Below, in pieces: positions 7,710 through 17,305 of a stretch of DNA of 41,961 nucleotides (position 1 is its first letter; each line of letters opens with the position of its first letter). Position numbers and translations under genes: made by a program. Under the pieces are notes generated by a model, which did not search any database, was not told where the DNA came from, and saw only the letters and a program-made list of their open reading frames with translations. The DNA is from a virus: the IMG/VR virus record IMGVR_UViG_3300045988_132610. The stretch is one strand, 5' to 3'.

Positions 7710-10700
7710 ATTTGCGGATCAACCTCCCCAAGTCACGGTCGCTGACCGTCGAATCATCGGACGCGGCGTTGATGATCGCGCCAAGATCATTGTGCAGGCT
7801 GGTTATCGCCGCCACCACGGAAGCGGTATCAACCTGTACGCTGACCTGATTGCCTGTCATCTGATTGGCTGTGGCAAACACTTCGCGTGGGATGGCGCGC
7901 CGGTTCAGCGCGTCCATGAAGTCGACGCCGTAATAGCTGGTGGCGAGCGCGTTTTCGACGTATTCGCCGCGTGCGATGCGGCCGTTGTCGAGGTAGACGC
8001 TGTCGCTGGTCGCGGTGCCTGGCGCCCATTTCGGGTCGACGTAGCCGTTGAAGGCGTAGCCTCCGTTGGCGTATCGGAATCGGTCGCCGTCGTAGAGGCC
8101 GCCGGTGGCTCCTGTCGGAATGTTGCCTGTGGCGTTTTTCGGACGGTATCCGCTGGATGAGTATGTGCCCCCTGATTCGTCGACGTAGGTTCCGTGGATT
8201 TGGAAATATTTGTCGGCGATCTGGTAGTTGCTCAGGTTGGTGAGCATGCTCATGGCGGGTGAGCCGTCTGCGTTGACGATGAATCCTTTGTCGTTGAGTT
8301 TCCATCCTTGGGTTTGGAGGAATTTGTTCATCGCATCGGAATTGTCACCTTTGAGGTAGCCTGTCTTGTCGTCGATTTTGGCTCCGTTCGCGATGGCGAG
8401 GGCGATCATGTATTGGTCGCTGTCCAGGGTGAGGGTGCCGGTTTTGGGGTCGATTTTGGCGTTTGTGGCTTGGGCGATTTTCTTCATCAGGTCGGTGTTG
8501 TCTCCGCTGATGGTGACGTGTTTGCCGTCCGGTGTTTCTTCGGCGGCGAGTTTGACCTGTTCGAATTTGGCGACGGCGTCGCCGGTGACTGTGACTTCGA
8601 TGGTTTTCGAGTCGGGGGTGTTCTGCAGGCTGTTGACGAGTTCGTCGACCGCGTCGCGTGTGAGTCCGTAGGCTTGTGCGGCGGCTTCTGCTTCCTCCGG
8701 TGTTTTGCCGAGGGATTGCATGAGTTGGGTGAACGCGTCGTGTGCCTTGTCGATGTTCGGGTAGATGTCGTTGAGGCTGTCTCCGTTCTGCGCTTGGGCT
8801 TTGGCACATTTGAGCGCCGCGTCGGCGATGTCGTTCAGGGCGCTTTGGTTCTCGCGTCCGGCTTCCGTGTTCAGGTCGAGGGTTTTGACGTTCTGACTGA
8901 TGGTGTCGTTCGCCGAGGAGATCTTGTTGGCGAGGTCGATTTGCGCGTCGGACGAGCTGATGGCGAACCCGTAGTAGGTCTGCATCGCGTCGATGACTTC
9001 GGACAGCGCGCTGGCGGTGTCGCTGACGGCGTCCGTAGTGGCACCGAACGCTTCGGCGAGGATGTCGTCGGCGCTGGCCGCTTCCTGCGCGTTGTCGGCG
9101 GATTGGCTGGCCGCGTCTGCTCCCGACAGGAGCGCCCCTGTCTTGTCGATGCTTGCCTGGGTGGATTCTTTTTCGGCCTGCGCGAGGTTGGCCGCCGAGA
9201 TTTGGCTTCCCTTGTAGCCTTTTTGGAGCTCCGTGAGGCTGTTGGCTACAACCTTGTACTCGTTGCCGGTAAACAGGCCGCCCTGGTTTGCGAGCTGGGT
9301 GCGGTAGGCGTCAAGCTCCTTGTAGACTTCGTTGACGGCGGTCTTCTCGCCTTGGATGGCTTTGATATACGTGCTGTGTTTGATGCCGACCTTGTCGATG
9401 GCCTGCCACACGTTGTCGTAGCCGGTGATGAGACGACCGAGCCAGTTGTCGGTGACCCTCGCGCCGGACGAGTCGGACAGCGCCTTCTCGTAGTGTTGCG
9501 CGGCGGAGGTCCCCTCCTGCAGGGCGTTCGACAGTTGCGTGGACCGCTCCTGGGCTTTCTGCTGTTCGGAGATGAACGCTCCGAGGACCGCCGTTGCCGC
9601 AGTGATCGCGATGCCCCACGGGCCGCCGAGCAGGTCGATGACGCTGCTGCCTACAGCCTTGAACCCAGCGGTCTTCAACTCCGCCTTGGACGCGGACGTG
9701 CCGAACGTCTCCATCTGTTCGTAAGCGCTCATCGAGGACGCCTTGAACATCTGGAATGCGGTCTGCGCGGAAGCCAGCGCGGTTTTGACTCGTTGGATCG
9801 GGTCTATCGCAAGCCCGATGTTGTTGGCCATGGTGCTGGTGCTGCTGTTGAGATTGCCTGCGGCCTTGTGCACCGCGCCGAACACGCCGGCCAGAGACGC
9901 CATGACCACGAGCGTCTGCTGCACTCCGGACGGCAAACCGGCGAACGCGTCAACCAGCGTATCCAAGCCCTGCACCATCTTGCGCAAAGGCCCCTGAGCG
10001 CCCTCGCCAACGGAAATCATCAAGGACTCCATCGAACCACTCAGATTCTCCAGATCACCCTTGAGATTGTTGTTCTTCGCAGCCGCCTGCTCGGCGGCAT
10101 AACCGCTTTCGGAGACGGCCTTCGTCCACTTGTTGACACCGGACTCGCCGGCCTCGTACAGGTAGTTCGCGGCCTTGATGGCATAGCTGCCGAAGATGGT
10201 CGCGTTCGCCTGGTTGCGCTGTTCGTCGGTCAAGCCCTTCTCGGCCTTCTGCAATTGGCCGGCGAAATTCGCCATGCCGACGAAATGGCCTTGAGCATCG
10301 TAAGCACTGATGCCAAGTTCCTTCATCGTGTTGGACGCTTTGGTGGACGGCGCGGCCAGTTTCATCAGCATACTGTTCAGCTGTGTGCCGGCCTCGGCAC
10401 CAATGGTGCCGTTCTGCGCGAACAGGGCCAGTACGCCGGTGGTCTCCTGAATGTTCATGCCGAAACTGTTCGCCTGCGCGCCGCAATTGTTCAACGCCTC
10501 GCCGAAATCGGAGACATTGCCGACGGCCTTGCCGGCGCCAGCCGCCAAAGTATCGGCCACCTGGGAAGCCTGAGACCCCTTCAGATGGAACATGCTCAAC
10601 GCGTTGGCCATGTATTCGGAGGCATCCCCAACAGCCATTCCATCGGACGCGGCCAGATTCAAAGCGCCAGACAAGCCGCCAGTGAGAATATCCGTGACGC

Positions 10701-11079
10701 TCATGCCGGCCTTGCCGAGATCATTGATCGCATCAGCGGAATCCGAAGCAGAATAAACCGTGGAAGCTCCGGCTTCGATGGCGGCGGCACGCAGCTGGTC
10801 CAATTGTGCGCCGGTCGCGTCGGTGTTCGCCTGCACGGTGCTCATCTGCTGGTCGAAGTCCGCGGCCATCTTCACCGCAGCCACGCCGAACGCGGCCACG
10901 GCCAGCCCTGCGGCGGTCATGCCACTGGCGATGAGCGCGGACTTGCGGCCGGTGTTCTCCATACCGGACGCGACCGTCTTCGCGGTGCTTCCGGCACGGG
11001 TCATCGCAGCCTCATATGAGGCTGTGTCCGCCATCAACCGGATGACGATGTTCTTGTTCTCCGCCAAAGCATCCTCCAA
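7696..11079 (-). CDS. tail tape measure protein
   Basis: 1127 aa, the largest ORF. It is Ala/Gly-rich and helical with hydrophobic segments, and directly follows the G/T chaperone pair. The track start is TTG; an in-frame ATG at 11034 is an alternative. Confidence 0.9.
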   Translation of the reverse strand: MEDALAENKNIVIRLMADTASYEAAMTRAGSTAKTVASGMENTGRKSALIASGMTAAGLAVAAFGVAAVKMAADFDQQMSTVQANTDATGAQLDQLRAAAIEAGASTVYSASDSADAINDLGKAGMSVTDILTGGLSGALNLAASDGMAVGDASEYMANALSMFHLKGSQASQVADTLAAGAGKAVGNVSDFGEALNNCGAQANSFGMNIQETTGVLALFAQNGTIGAEAGTQLNSMLMKLAAPSTKASNTMKELGISAYDAQGHFVGMANFAGQLQKAEKGLTDEQRNQANATIFGSYAIKAANYLYEAGESGVNKWTKAVSESGYAAEQAAAKNNNLKGDLENLSGSMESLMISVGEGAQGPLRKMVQGLDTLVDAFAGLPSGVQQTLVVMASLAGVFGAVHKAAGNLNSSTSTMANNIGLAIDPIQRVKTALASAQTAFQMFKASSMSAYEQMETFGTSASKAELKTAGFKAVGSSVIDLLGGPWGIAITAATAVLGAFISEQQKAQERSTQLSNALQEGTSAAQHYEKALSDSSGARVTDNWLGRLITGYDNVWQAIDKVGIKHSTYIKAIQGEKTAVNEVYKELDAYRTQLANQGGLFTGNEYKVVANSLTELQKGYKGSQISAANLAQAEKESTQASIDKTGALLSGADAASQSADNAQEAASADDILAEAFGATTDAVSDTASALSEVIDAMQTYYGFAISSSDAQIDLANKISSANDTISQNVKTLDLNTEAGRENQSALNDIADAALKCAKAQAQNGDSLNDIYPNIDKAHDAFTQLMQSLGKTPEEAEAAAQAYGLTRDAVDELVNSLQNTPDSKTIEVTVTGDAVAKFEQVKLAAEETPDGKHVTISGDNTDLMKKIAQATNAKIDPKTGTLTLDSDQYMIALAIANGAKIDDKTGYLKGDNSDAMNKFLQTQGWKLNDKGFIVNADGSPAMSMLTNLSNYQIADKYFQIHGTYVDESGGTYSSSGYRPKNATGNIPTGATGGLYDGDRFRYANGGYAFNGYVDPKWAPGTATSDSVYLDNGRIARGEYVENALATSYYGVDFMDALNRRAIPREVFATANQMTGNQVSVQVDTASVVAAITSLHNDLGAIINAASDDSTVSDRDLGRLIRKYARA

Positions 11080-11082
11080 AAA

Positions 11083-11915
11083 TCAGGTCAAATGCGCCAC
11101 CAGGGCGTTCGCGGCCGGATTGCCATTGCCGTTGGCCTCTGTCCACCGTTTCATGGCCTGCTGCATGTGCGCGGTGGCCCAGCAGACGCTGGTTTCGGCA
11201 TGCAGGGTGAGTTCGGCCTTCGGGTCTTGGCAGATCGAACGAGGCAAACCGCACATCGGGCACAATGACCGTTCGTATTCCGCCAACGAGCGCATCCAAT
11301 TACGCTCCGTCTCATCCCATTCGACCTCATCGCCCCTGCTCGGACGCCAGCCCATGAAACGCTTATAAGAGATGCCGAGCTGGCGGCAGATGCGCAGATC
11401 CTCGACTAATTGTGGAGAACCTTCGAGGCGAGGTCGAATGCCGCTTTTGGGTCCGCTGCGGTGCCGTTCAGCTCCGCGATGGCCCGCCATAGCGGCGTGA
11501 ACTGGCCATCGGTGAGTTCGTCGAACAGATTCCGCCACGCCTGTTCGGTCTTGTCCTCGTCGGCCACCGGCTTGCCGCCGATGGTCGCGGAGTCAAGCAT
11601 GAGAGGCAATGCCGCGGCGGCGGTGCCGAACATGTCGTTCGTGCCGTTCTTATTGCGGTGCGCGGCCAGTGCCTGCGCCCACTTGCTGACCGGCAACGCC
11701 CGCAACGTGAGCTTCAATGTCTCCGCATCCGCCTGTTCGCGGAGCTGTTCTATGCGTTTGGCGGTGGCCTTAGCTTGCCGGTTAGTCCCAGCCTCCGTGA
11801 CCTGTTCGCGCGTGGTCTCCTCGGCCAACGCATCACCCAATCTGGCGATGTCCTCGGCGGTCTGCTGGTTGAGGATAATATCGACCTCACGCGTGCGCCT
11901 GGTGACTTTAAGCAT
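11083..11915 (-). CDS. tail assembly chaperone frameshift fusion (gpGT-like), made by a -1 shift at 11445..11451
   Basis: ORF 11083..11538 overlaps the 3-prime end of 11406..11915 in the -1 frame and has no convincing start of its own. After the slip the reading is PKSGIRPRLEGSPQLVEDLRICRQLGISYKRFMGW... Confidence 0.75.
11406..11915 (-). CDS. tail assembly chaperone (gpG-like)
   Basis: 169 aa, between the major tail protein and the tape measure. It ends 39 nt after a slippery heptamer. Confidence 0.8.
   Translation of the reverse strand: MLKVTRRTREVDIILNQQTAEDIARLGDALAEETTREQVTEAGTNRQAKATAKRIEQLREQADAETLKLTLRALPVSKWAQALAAHRNKNGTNDMFGTAAAALPLMLDSATIGGKPVADEDKTEQAWRNLFDELTDGQFTPLWRAIAELNGTAADPKAAFDLASKVLHN
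11445..11451 (-). promoter_or_regulatory. -1 programmed ribosomal frameshift slippery heptamer C_CCA_AAA
   Basis: Minus strand reads GAC CCA AAA GCG in the zero frame (plus-strand ttttggg). It fits X_XXY_YYZ, and both frame phases were checked arithmetically against the two ORFs. Confidence 0.75.
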
Positions 11916-12016
11916 ATGTGTTCCTTCGCTCTAATATTCATGTTCCTTTGCCGGAAAAGAGAAAAGAGGGTCCCGCACCGGCGAAAGGGATGAAAGTCCG
12001 GTGCGGGAAGAATCAA

Positions 12017-12535
12017 TCAGGCGACCTTCACGTTCTCCGCCCAGCCGGGAGCGCGGACGGAGAAATTGACCTTGCTGCGCAGCACGCTGTTCGCGGCGAT
12101 CGCCACCTTGGCGCGCATGCCGATGCGGACCGCATACACGTTCACAAGGTCGCCGGCGACAAAAGTCTGATCCGTCTGCTTGCCGTAGCGTCGCACGAAA
12201 TATCCCTCCGCGCCCTCGATCAAAGTCTCCATTGCCGCGTTCTGCGTGGAATGCGACGTGTTGGTGTTGTCGATGACCTCGACGTTCGGGCCACTGATCT
12301 TCTTACGTCCGGGATTCTCGTAATCCTGCGCGCTGTTCTCGCGCTGGTCGGAGATGGAATCCTGCGACGGCGAGCACGACCAGCCGCCCAAAGTGACGTA
12401 GTTGCTCAGGTCGGTTCCGGCGTTGATCTCTGCAGCGGTCGGCTTCTGGATGTTTTTGATGGACGGCACCCAGATCGTGTTGACCAGACCATCGGCTGGC
12501 GTTGAAGGCACTTCGGTGCCCAGAGTCAAAACCAT
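12017..12535 (-). CDS. major tail protein
   Basis: 172 aa, immediately upstream (in transcription order) of the G/T chaperones. It has a strong RBS and a beta-rich sequence. Confidence 0.7.
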   Translation of the reverse strand: MVLTLGTEVPSTPADGLVNTIWVPSIKNIQKPTAAEINAGTDLSNYVTLGGWSCSPSQDSISDQRENSAQDYENPGRKKISGPNVEVIDNTNTSHSTQNAAMETLIEGAEGYFVRRYGKQTDQTFVAGDLVNVYAVRIGMRAKVAIAANSVLRSKVNFSVRAPGWAENVKVA

Positions 12536-12558
12536 GACTCCTCCTTAGATATTTGGGG

Positions 12559-12975
12559 TCACATGCGTGACCAGTTGAATTTGAAAGTCAATAGGCGCAC
12601 CTGATAGAGCAGGCTCGTGTCCTCTGCGGTGAGTCCGGCAGCATAGGCTCCGCTATCGGAGGAAAGGGTCAGGCAGCCGGTGTCGAAGCCCTGCGCGACG
12701 AACCGTTTTCCAGCCAAGGCTGGAATCATGAGATCATCGGCCAGCACGTTGACGGAATCGGCCGTAGTGCTCACGATGCGCACAAGCAAAGTGCCGATGC
12801 CGCAATGCACATGTTGCGTCTCGCCGACGATATGACCGTTGGTCGTGACCGTTTCGATCACCCACGGCGGCTTCTCCGTCGGCGTCGGCGCGGTCTGCTT
12901 GTAGACCTTCCACCCATCCGCAGGTTTTGGCACATGGTCGAGGATCGTGTTCGACAGGGTCATTATCGACTGCAC
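12559..12975 (-). CDS. head-tail connector / tail terminator candidate
   Basis: 138 aa. Call is by position, between the gp10-like gene and the major tail gene. Confidence 0.55.
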   Translation of the reverse strand: MQSIMTLSNTILDHVPKPADGWKVYKQTAPTPTEKPPWVIETVTTNGHIVGETQHVHCGIGTLLVRIVSTTADSVNVLADDLMIPALAGKRFVAQGFDTGCLTLSSDSGAYAAGLTAEDTSLLYQVRLLTFKFNWSRM

Positions 12976-13352
12976 TAGAATCCCTCCACTGCGGCACGCG
13001 CCACGTATTCCGCGAGCTTCGGAAGCTCTTCCTCGCCATGCTCGTAGAACCGGTGCGTTCCACCACCCCTCGCGGTGCCGAAGAACGCGATGTTCGCGAG
13101 CGAACCCGCTCCGCCCTTGGTGGGGCCTATCTCGGCGGTGATGCGTCCGGGCGTCTCGCTCACCGTGTAGGTGATCGGAATGCTGCGGAACGCCTTGTTG
13201 CCTGAGCCTTTCAGGTCGTCGCGAATCGAGTTCTTGACGTTCTGCGCGCCCTTCTTCACCGAAGCGGAGATCAAGGCGCGGCGAGCCACGCCCTTGGCGA
13301 GCAGCACGTCACCGAAGGCCGTCAATTGTGAAGCGTCGAACAGTCCGCTCAT
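12975..13352 (-). CDS. HK97 gp10-like head-tail component
   Basis: ORF track gives 12975..13373. ATG 13352 (MSGLFDASQL...) follows GAAGGAGG and forms an ATGA overlap with the upstream stop. Confidence 0.6.
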   Translation of the reverse strand: MSGLFDASQLTAFGDVLLAKGVARRALISASVKKGAQNVKNSIRDDLKGSGNKAFRSIPITYTVSETPGRITAEIGPTKGGAGSLANIAFFGTARGGGTHRFYEHGEEELPKLAEYVARAAVEGF

Positions 13353-13771
13353 GCGTCCTCCTTCACGTTCCAACGGCAGGCTGTGGCGTGCGTCTTCTCG
13401 CTTTGAGGTGAGACGAGCCTGAGCCGCCTGCCGGCGAGCAGCGGATTGGCGGATTCCGTGACTTCCACCACGTCACCGGTGCGAAGGCCTGGAGTGCCGT
13501 AGGGAAAATGCACGTACAAAGACCAGACCAACGAGACGGTGCCCACGGCTTGGGCCGCGTTGCTTTCGGTCTGCTCGCTGGCGAGGCCGCCGCTGGTCTG
13601 CACCTTGCAGCTGCCTTCGTACACCTGTTCCTTGCCGGTGTTCGGCAGTCCCGTGTCCGGATCCGTTGTGGTGGATCCGGGGCGGGTGACGACGCACTGG
13701 TCGGTCATGAGGCTTTCGGCCATCTGGCGTAGTTTCGGAAGGGCTCCGATGAGAGGTGCCATGCTTGGCAT
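13349..13771 (-). CDS. head-to-tail joining/stopper protein candidate
   Basis: ORF track gives 13349..13864. ATG 13771 (MPSMAPLIGALPK...) follows GAGGAGG and lies just after the upstream stop at 13782. Confidence 0.6.
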   Translation of the reverse strand: MPSMAPLIGALPKLRQMAESLMTDQCVVTRPGSTTTDPDTGLPNTGKEQVYEGSCKVQTSGGLASEQTESNAAQAVGTVSLVWSLYVHFPYGTPGLRTGDVVEVTESANPLLAGRRLRLVSPQSEKTHATACRWNVKEDA

Positions 13772-13781
13772 GTCAACCTCC

Positions 13782-14204
13782 TCAGTAGTCGTAGGGGTAG
13801 TGCGGCAGCGGGATGGCCACGGGTTCCGGAGCGATGACCGCCGTAGCGAGATCGCTGCTGACACGTTTCAGCAGCATGTCCCATTCCTCGTCGAGGATGG
13901 AGATCTCGCCGCGACTGCGCGAGCTGTCGATGCTGGTCTGCATGTTACCGTCGTCGATCTGCAGCATGGTGCTGCTCACGCCCTCAGGGTTGAGCGCCTT
14001 GCGTGCGACGGCGGCGGATTCCACCTCGATGACGGTCTCCTGATATCTCTCGTCCCTGCACCATTCGTCCAGCACTGGGATGCGGTTGCGGATCATCATT
14101 TCGGCGCGGCGGAGCCATTTCCCGATCTGCCTGCCTTCGGTGCTGTCGAAGGCGATGTCGCGGCCGAGTTCGACCGCGACATCGTCGATTTGCGCCCATG
14201 TCAT
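13782..14204 (-). CDS. gp6-like head-tail adaptor
   Basis: 140 aa, MTWAQIDDVAVELGRDIAFDSTEGRQIGKWLRRAEMMIRNRIP... N-terminal pattern and position are typical of the connector family. Confidence 0.6.
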   Translation of the reverse strand: MTWAQIDDVAVELGRDIAFDSTEGRQIGKWLRRAEMMIRNRIPVLDEWCRDERYQETVIEVESAAVARKALNPEGVSSTMLQIDDGNMQTSIDSSRSRGEISILDEEWDMLLKRVSSDLATAVIAPEPVAIPLPHYPYDY

Positions 14205-14208
14205 GGGA

Positions 14209-14430
14209 TCACTTCGCGATGATACCGGCGTTGCGCAGGCTGGTCAGCAAAGCGTTGATGGTGGCCGCCTCCTGACCTGTGGTGGCGTCCCTCACCGCAG
14301 CAGCCTGCTTGGCGGGCATGCCGGACAGCACCGTGTCGAGCGGCTTAGCTGCGCCGCCCGGCTGCGGCACATACACCGCGCTTGCCGGGATCATGCCCTC
14401 GTGACGTCCGTTCGTGGTCTCCTTCATCAT
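14209..14430 (-). CDS. hypothetical small head-region protein
   Basis: 73-aa ORF, tightly packed within the operon. Confidence 0.5.
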   Translation of the reverse strand: MMKETTNGRHEGMIPASAVYVPQPGGAAKPLDTVLSGMPAKQAAAVRDATTGQEAATINALLTSLRNAGIIAK

Positions 14431-14645
14431 TCACCATCCTTCGCACTGGTCTTCTTCTTCGGCTTCGCGGCGTCGGCGACCTTGCTCGGTTCGTCGGCCT
14501 GCACCTCGGCCACTGTGTAGCCGTGACGCTGGAAATAGTCGGACGGATCCACGTCGGTCTCACCGACGCCACCGACGAAGGTCACGCCGGCGGTGACGCC
14601 GTTGTACTCATTATTCGGAGCTTCGATTCGCCACATCATGATCAC
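14427..14645 (-). CDS. hypothetical small head-region protein
   Basis: 72-aa ORF with 4-nt overlaps on both neighbours and a lysine-rich C-terminal tail. Confidence 0.5.
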   Translation of the reverse strand: MIMMWRIEAPNNEYNGVTAGVTFVGGVGETDVDPSDYFQRHGYTVAEVQADEPSKVADAAKPKKKTSAKDGE

Positions 14646-15619
14646 CTGACCTTGATCTTACGGAGCACGCCAGCGGCCTTGGTGGCCTTCAATGCGACGC
14701 CGACCGGACCAAGTTCGACCTCGCCGCGATGCACTGCGCCCGGCTGGGTGAAGTCAGGCAGCCAGGTCTTCACGAGGGTGCCGTCGGTGGTGGTGATGCC
14801 ACAGAAGCCGTCCAGGCCGACGCGGTACGCGTACAGGCTGGTGGTGCCGTCTGAGGCGATGGGGATGATCGGATCGTTGCTGCCGGCCTTCTCTCCGGCA
14901 TCGGCGAAGAGGATGCCGCCATAGGATTCGCGGCTGATCGGACGGCCGTTCGCGTTGACGAGACCATCGATCGGCTCGCGCACGTACATGCTGGTGCGGC
15001 GCACCATGGCACGGACGCGGGCAAGAGCCTTCTTGTTGCCGACCACGATGGTCGGCGTGCCGTCAAGCAGGTCGAGGAACTCGTCGAGCGTGTCGATGGC
15101 CTTGTTGCCCTTCTCTCCTTCGAGGTCGGTCCAGTCGTAGGTGTCGGAGGTGGGCTTCATCTCGGTGCTTGAGCCAGTGAGCGCCTTGTCCAGGCCGTCG
15201 AAGGCCTTATCGTTCACACCGGTATCGCCGTTGATGACGGTATCCTGGAACAGGGTTATCGCGGCCTTCACCTTGTCGTTGATGTTGCGGGTCACCTCGT
15301 CGGATCCCTTCGGACCGATGTTCGCGAGGATGCGGTCGATCTCGAAAGCGCCGCCGAGCACGGCGAGCGTGGTGCTGTACTTCTTGGTCGTGGTAGTGCT
15401 CGGCAAGTATTCCGTGTTGATGGCGCGGAATTCGGCGGTGGGCTGGGTCTCCTGCCGACGGTAGGAGTAGTCGAGCGTCGCACCGCCTCCTGCGGGGTTC
15501 ACGGCATCATCGAAGATGAGGGAATCAAGGATGACGCTGGACTTTCGAAATTCGTCGATGACGAAAGGGTCGTAGTCTTCGAGGGCGTTGTTCTTCGCCT
15601 CTGCGAGAGTGACAGCCAT
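14642..15619 (-). CDS. major capsid protein
   Basis: 325 aa, directly after the scaffold gene, with a strong RBS (AGGAAGGAGAC). Call is by position and size. Confidence 0.75.
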   Translation of the reverse strand: MAVTLAEAKNNALEDYDPFVIDEFRKSSVILDSLIFDDAVNPAGGGATLDYSYRRQETQPTAEFRAINTEYLPSTTTTKKYSTTLAVLGGAFEIDRILANIGPKGSDEVTRNINDKVKAAITLFQDTVINGDTGVNDKAFDGLDKALTGSSTEMKPTSDTYDWTDLEGEKGNKAIDTLDEFLDLLDGTPTIVVGNKKALARVRAMVRRTSMYVREPIDGLVNANGRPISRESYGGILFADAGEKAGSNDPIIPIASDGTTSLYAYRVGLDGFCGITTTDGTLVKTWLPDFTQPGAVHRGEVELGPVGVALKATKAAGVLRKIKVR

Positions 15620-15646
15620 AAGGTTGTCTCCTTCCTAAGGAATCGG

Positions 15647-16204
15647 TTACTTGTAATATGCGGAAATGGCTTCGGAGAGACTGTGCGGCTTCGGGTCGCC
15701 GCCCTTGCCCTGACTCGGGTCGGGCTTGACGTTCGGCTTGTTCTGCACGCTGACGAGCTTCAGCAGGCTGTCCGCATCGGCTTCCAGCTCCTCGCGAGTG
15801 GATCCCTGCAGACGTTCCGCCAAGACCTTCGGCAATTGCTTGTCGACGGCGACTTCGTATCGCAGTGCCTTCGCGGCATTGCCGGTGTTGGACTTCTCCA
15901 GGCTGGCGATCCTCTCGCTGGCCTTTTCCGCGTCGGTCTTGTCGCGATCCTCGAACTCTTTGATTCTGGCGTTCGCGGCGGCGAGCTGTTCGCGCAGCGA
16001 CTTGTTGGCCCGGCGCTCGTTCTTGAGCGCGGTCATGACGTGTTCGCCGAGCTTCTCGTCGCCTTCGCCGCCGGTATTCGCCTGTGGGTCGGATTGCGGC
16101 GGCTCAGGCTGCGGCGGCTCAGGCTGCGGCGGCTCTCCGCCGCCCGGTTCGGCACCGGTCTCGATGGTGCGGATGCGGATGAGATTCCACCATTTCCTAT
16201 GCAT
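15647..16204 (-). CDS. capsid scaffolding protein
   Basis: 185 aa, with AAGGAG 8 nt before the ATG. It is charged and helical (LREQLAAANARIKEFEDRDKTDAEKASERIASLEKS) and sits between the MuF-like and capsid genes. Confidence 0.7.
   Translation of the reverse strand: MHRKWWNLIRIRTIETGAEPGGGEPPQPEPPQPEPPQSDPQANTGGEGDEKLGEHVMTALKNERRANKSLREQLAAANARIKEFEDRDKTDAEKASERIASLEKSNTGNAAKALRYEVAVDKQLPKVLAERLQGSTREELEADADSLLKLVSVQNKPNVKPDPSQGKGGDPKPHSLSEAISAYYK
16095..16135. repeat. 15-bp tandem repeat x2.7 (tgcggcggctcaggc) encoding PEPPQ repeats in the scaffold N-terminus
   Basis: Read directly. The protein shows GGEPPQPEPPQPEPPQSDPQ. Confidence 0.85.
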
Positions 16205-16291
16205 TGTGTTTTCTCCTTGTGGTTTCCTTGGCCGTCACATCGCGTGCCGGCGCCGACACCATCGCGATGCCGGTGAAAAATTCGATTTCGG

Positions 16292-17305
16292 CTAGAGGAT
16301 CCAGCCGTACTTGTAGAGCATGCCCAAGGCCTTCTCATGATCATCGCCGCAGCGTGCGTAAATGGTCTCGGGCATGAGACGCGGCCTGTCGACCTTTGTG
16401 TACCGGCCGCCGTTCTTGATGAATTCCTTGGCGTATCCGGAGTCGATCATGCGTGATGCGGCGAGTCCGTGGCGCGTGGTGCCCTCGGTCGTGTACTTGA
16501 TGTTCCGCCCGTCGATCTGGGCGGTGCGGATGCCGCGTTGGGCGTTAACCAGCTGGTTGAGGTCGGCTCCGTCCGTGTAGGCTCGGGCGTTGGCCCTTCC
16601 GCCAAGGACTTTGGCGAGCTGGCCTTCGTCCAGTGAATCGAGGTATTCGTTCGGACTGGTGCATGCGTTTGCCGGTGCTTTAGGACCGGTGTAGACGGCG
16701 ATGCAGTCGCAGTGCGGATGCCTTTCGAAAGGCGTCTTGCCGCATGGCTGTCCGGCGAGGATGACGCATCTTCCGCAGCTCGGCGGTGTCAGGCCGCGCA
16801 CGTAGGTGGATTGGTAGCAGATGCCGCGAGCGGTCATGCTTGTGGCCGACCGGTGAGTGTCCGCCAGCATGGTGCGCGTCCTGAGCACCAAGGTCACGCC
16901 TATGCGGTCCATGGCCGTGTCCACCGGAGCGCCGTTGGACACGGCCCGCTTGCCGATGGTGATCGCCGTCCACATCGTGTCCACGGTATCCATGCCGTTG
17001 CCGTTCACACCGACCCACTGCCATGGGTCCGGCTTGTATTCCGGGTGTGCTGCGTTCATGTCGAAGCGTTCCATGATTTTCGGCGTCGATGCTATCGCGT
17101 CGGCGGCGGTGTGGTATTGCGCCGTGTCCAATACTCGGAAAAGTTCAGGCATCATGTCCGCGAAGGCGGCGTCGAAGTCTGGTTGCGCGTGCTTATGCCA
17201 CAGTCTGAGCACCGTCGCGGCCAGCCGGTTGCTTCGGCTGCGCAGCAGACGGTTCTGCGCCGTCGCCTCCTGCGGAAGCGTCTGCCCAGCCATCGTCGCC
17301 GCCAT
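16292..17305 (-). CDS. minor head protein, MuF/SPP1 gp7-like
   Basis: 337 aa, after the portal gene. It contains a Cys/His cluster (SCGRCVILAGQPCGKTPFERHPHCDCIAVY) typical of MuF-like proteins. The 5-prime end overlaps the portal gene by 113 nt, so the true start may lie further downstream. Confidence 0.7.
   Translation of the reverse strand: MAATMAGQTLPQEATAQNRLLRSRSNRLAATVLRLWHKHAQPDFDAAFADMMPELFRVLDTAQYHTAADAIASTPKIMERFDMNAAHPEYKPDPWQWVGVNGNGMDTVDTMWTAITIGKRAVSNGAPVDTAMDRIGVTLVLRTRTMLADTHRSATSMTARGICYQSTYVRGLTPPSCGRCVILAGQPCGKTPFERHPHCDCIAVYTGPKAPANACTSPNEYLDSLDEGQLAKVLGGRANARAYTDGADLNQLVNAQRGIRTAQIDGRNIKYTTEGTTRHGLAASRMIDSGYAKEFIKNGGRYTKVDRPRLMPETIYARCGDDHEKALGMLYKYGWIL

Noticed and set aside
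8308-11019. 903-aa plus-strand ORF opposite the tape measure gene
   Set aside because: It is a shadow ORF of a high-GC gene. The translation is dominated by G, V, R, A and D runs with no motifs or RBS, and it is fully contained in a convincing 1127-aa minus-strand gene. The same reasoning applies to 6007..6933, 16857..18236, 18733..20040 and 39673..40770.
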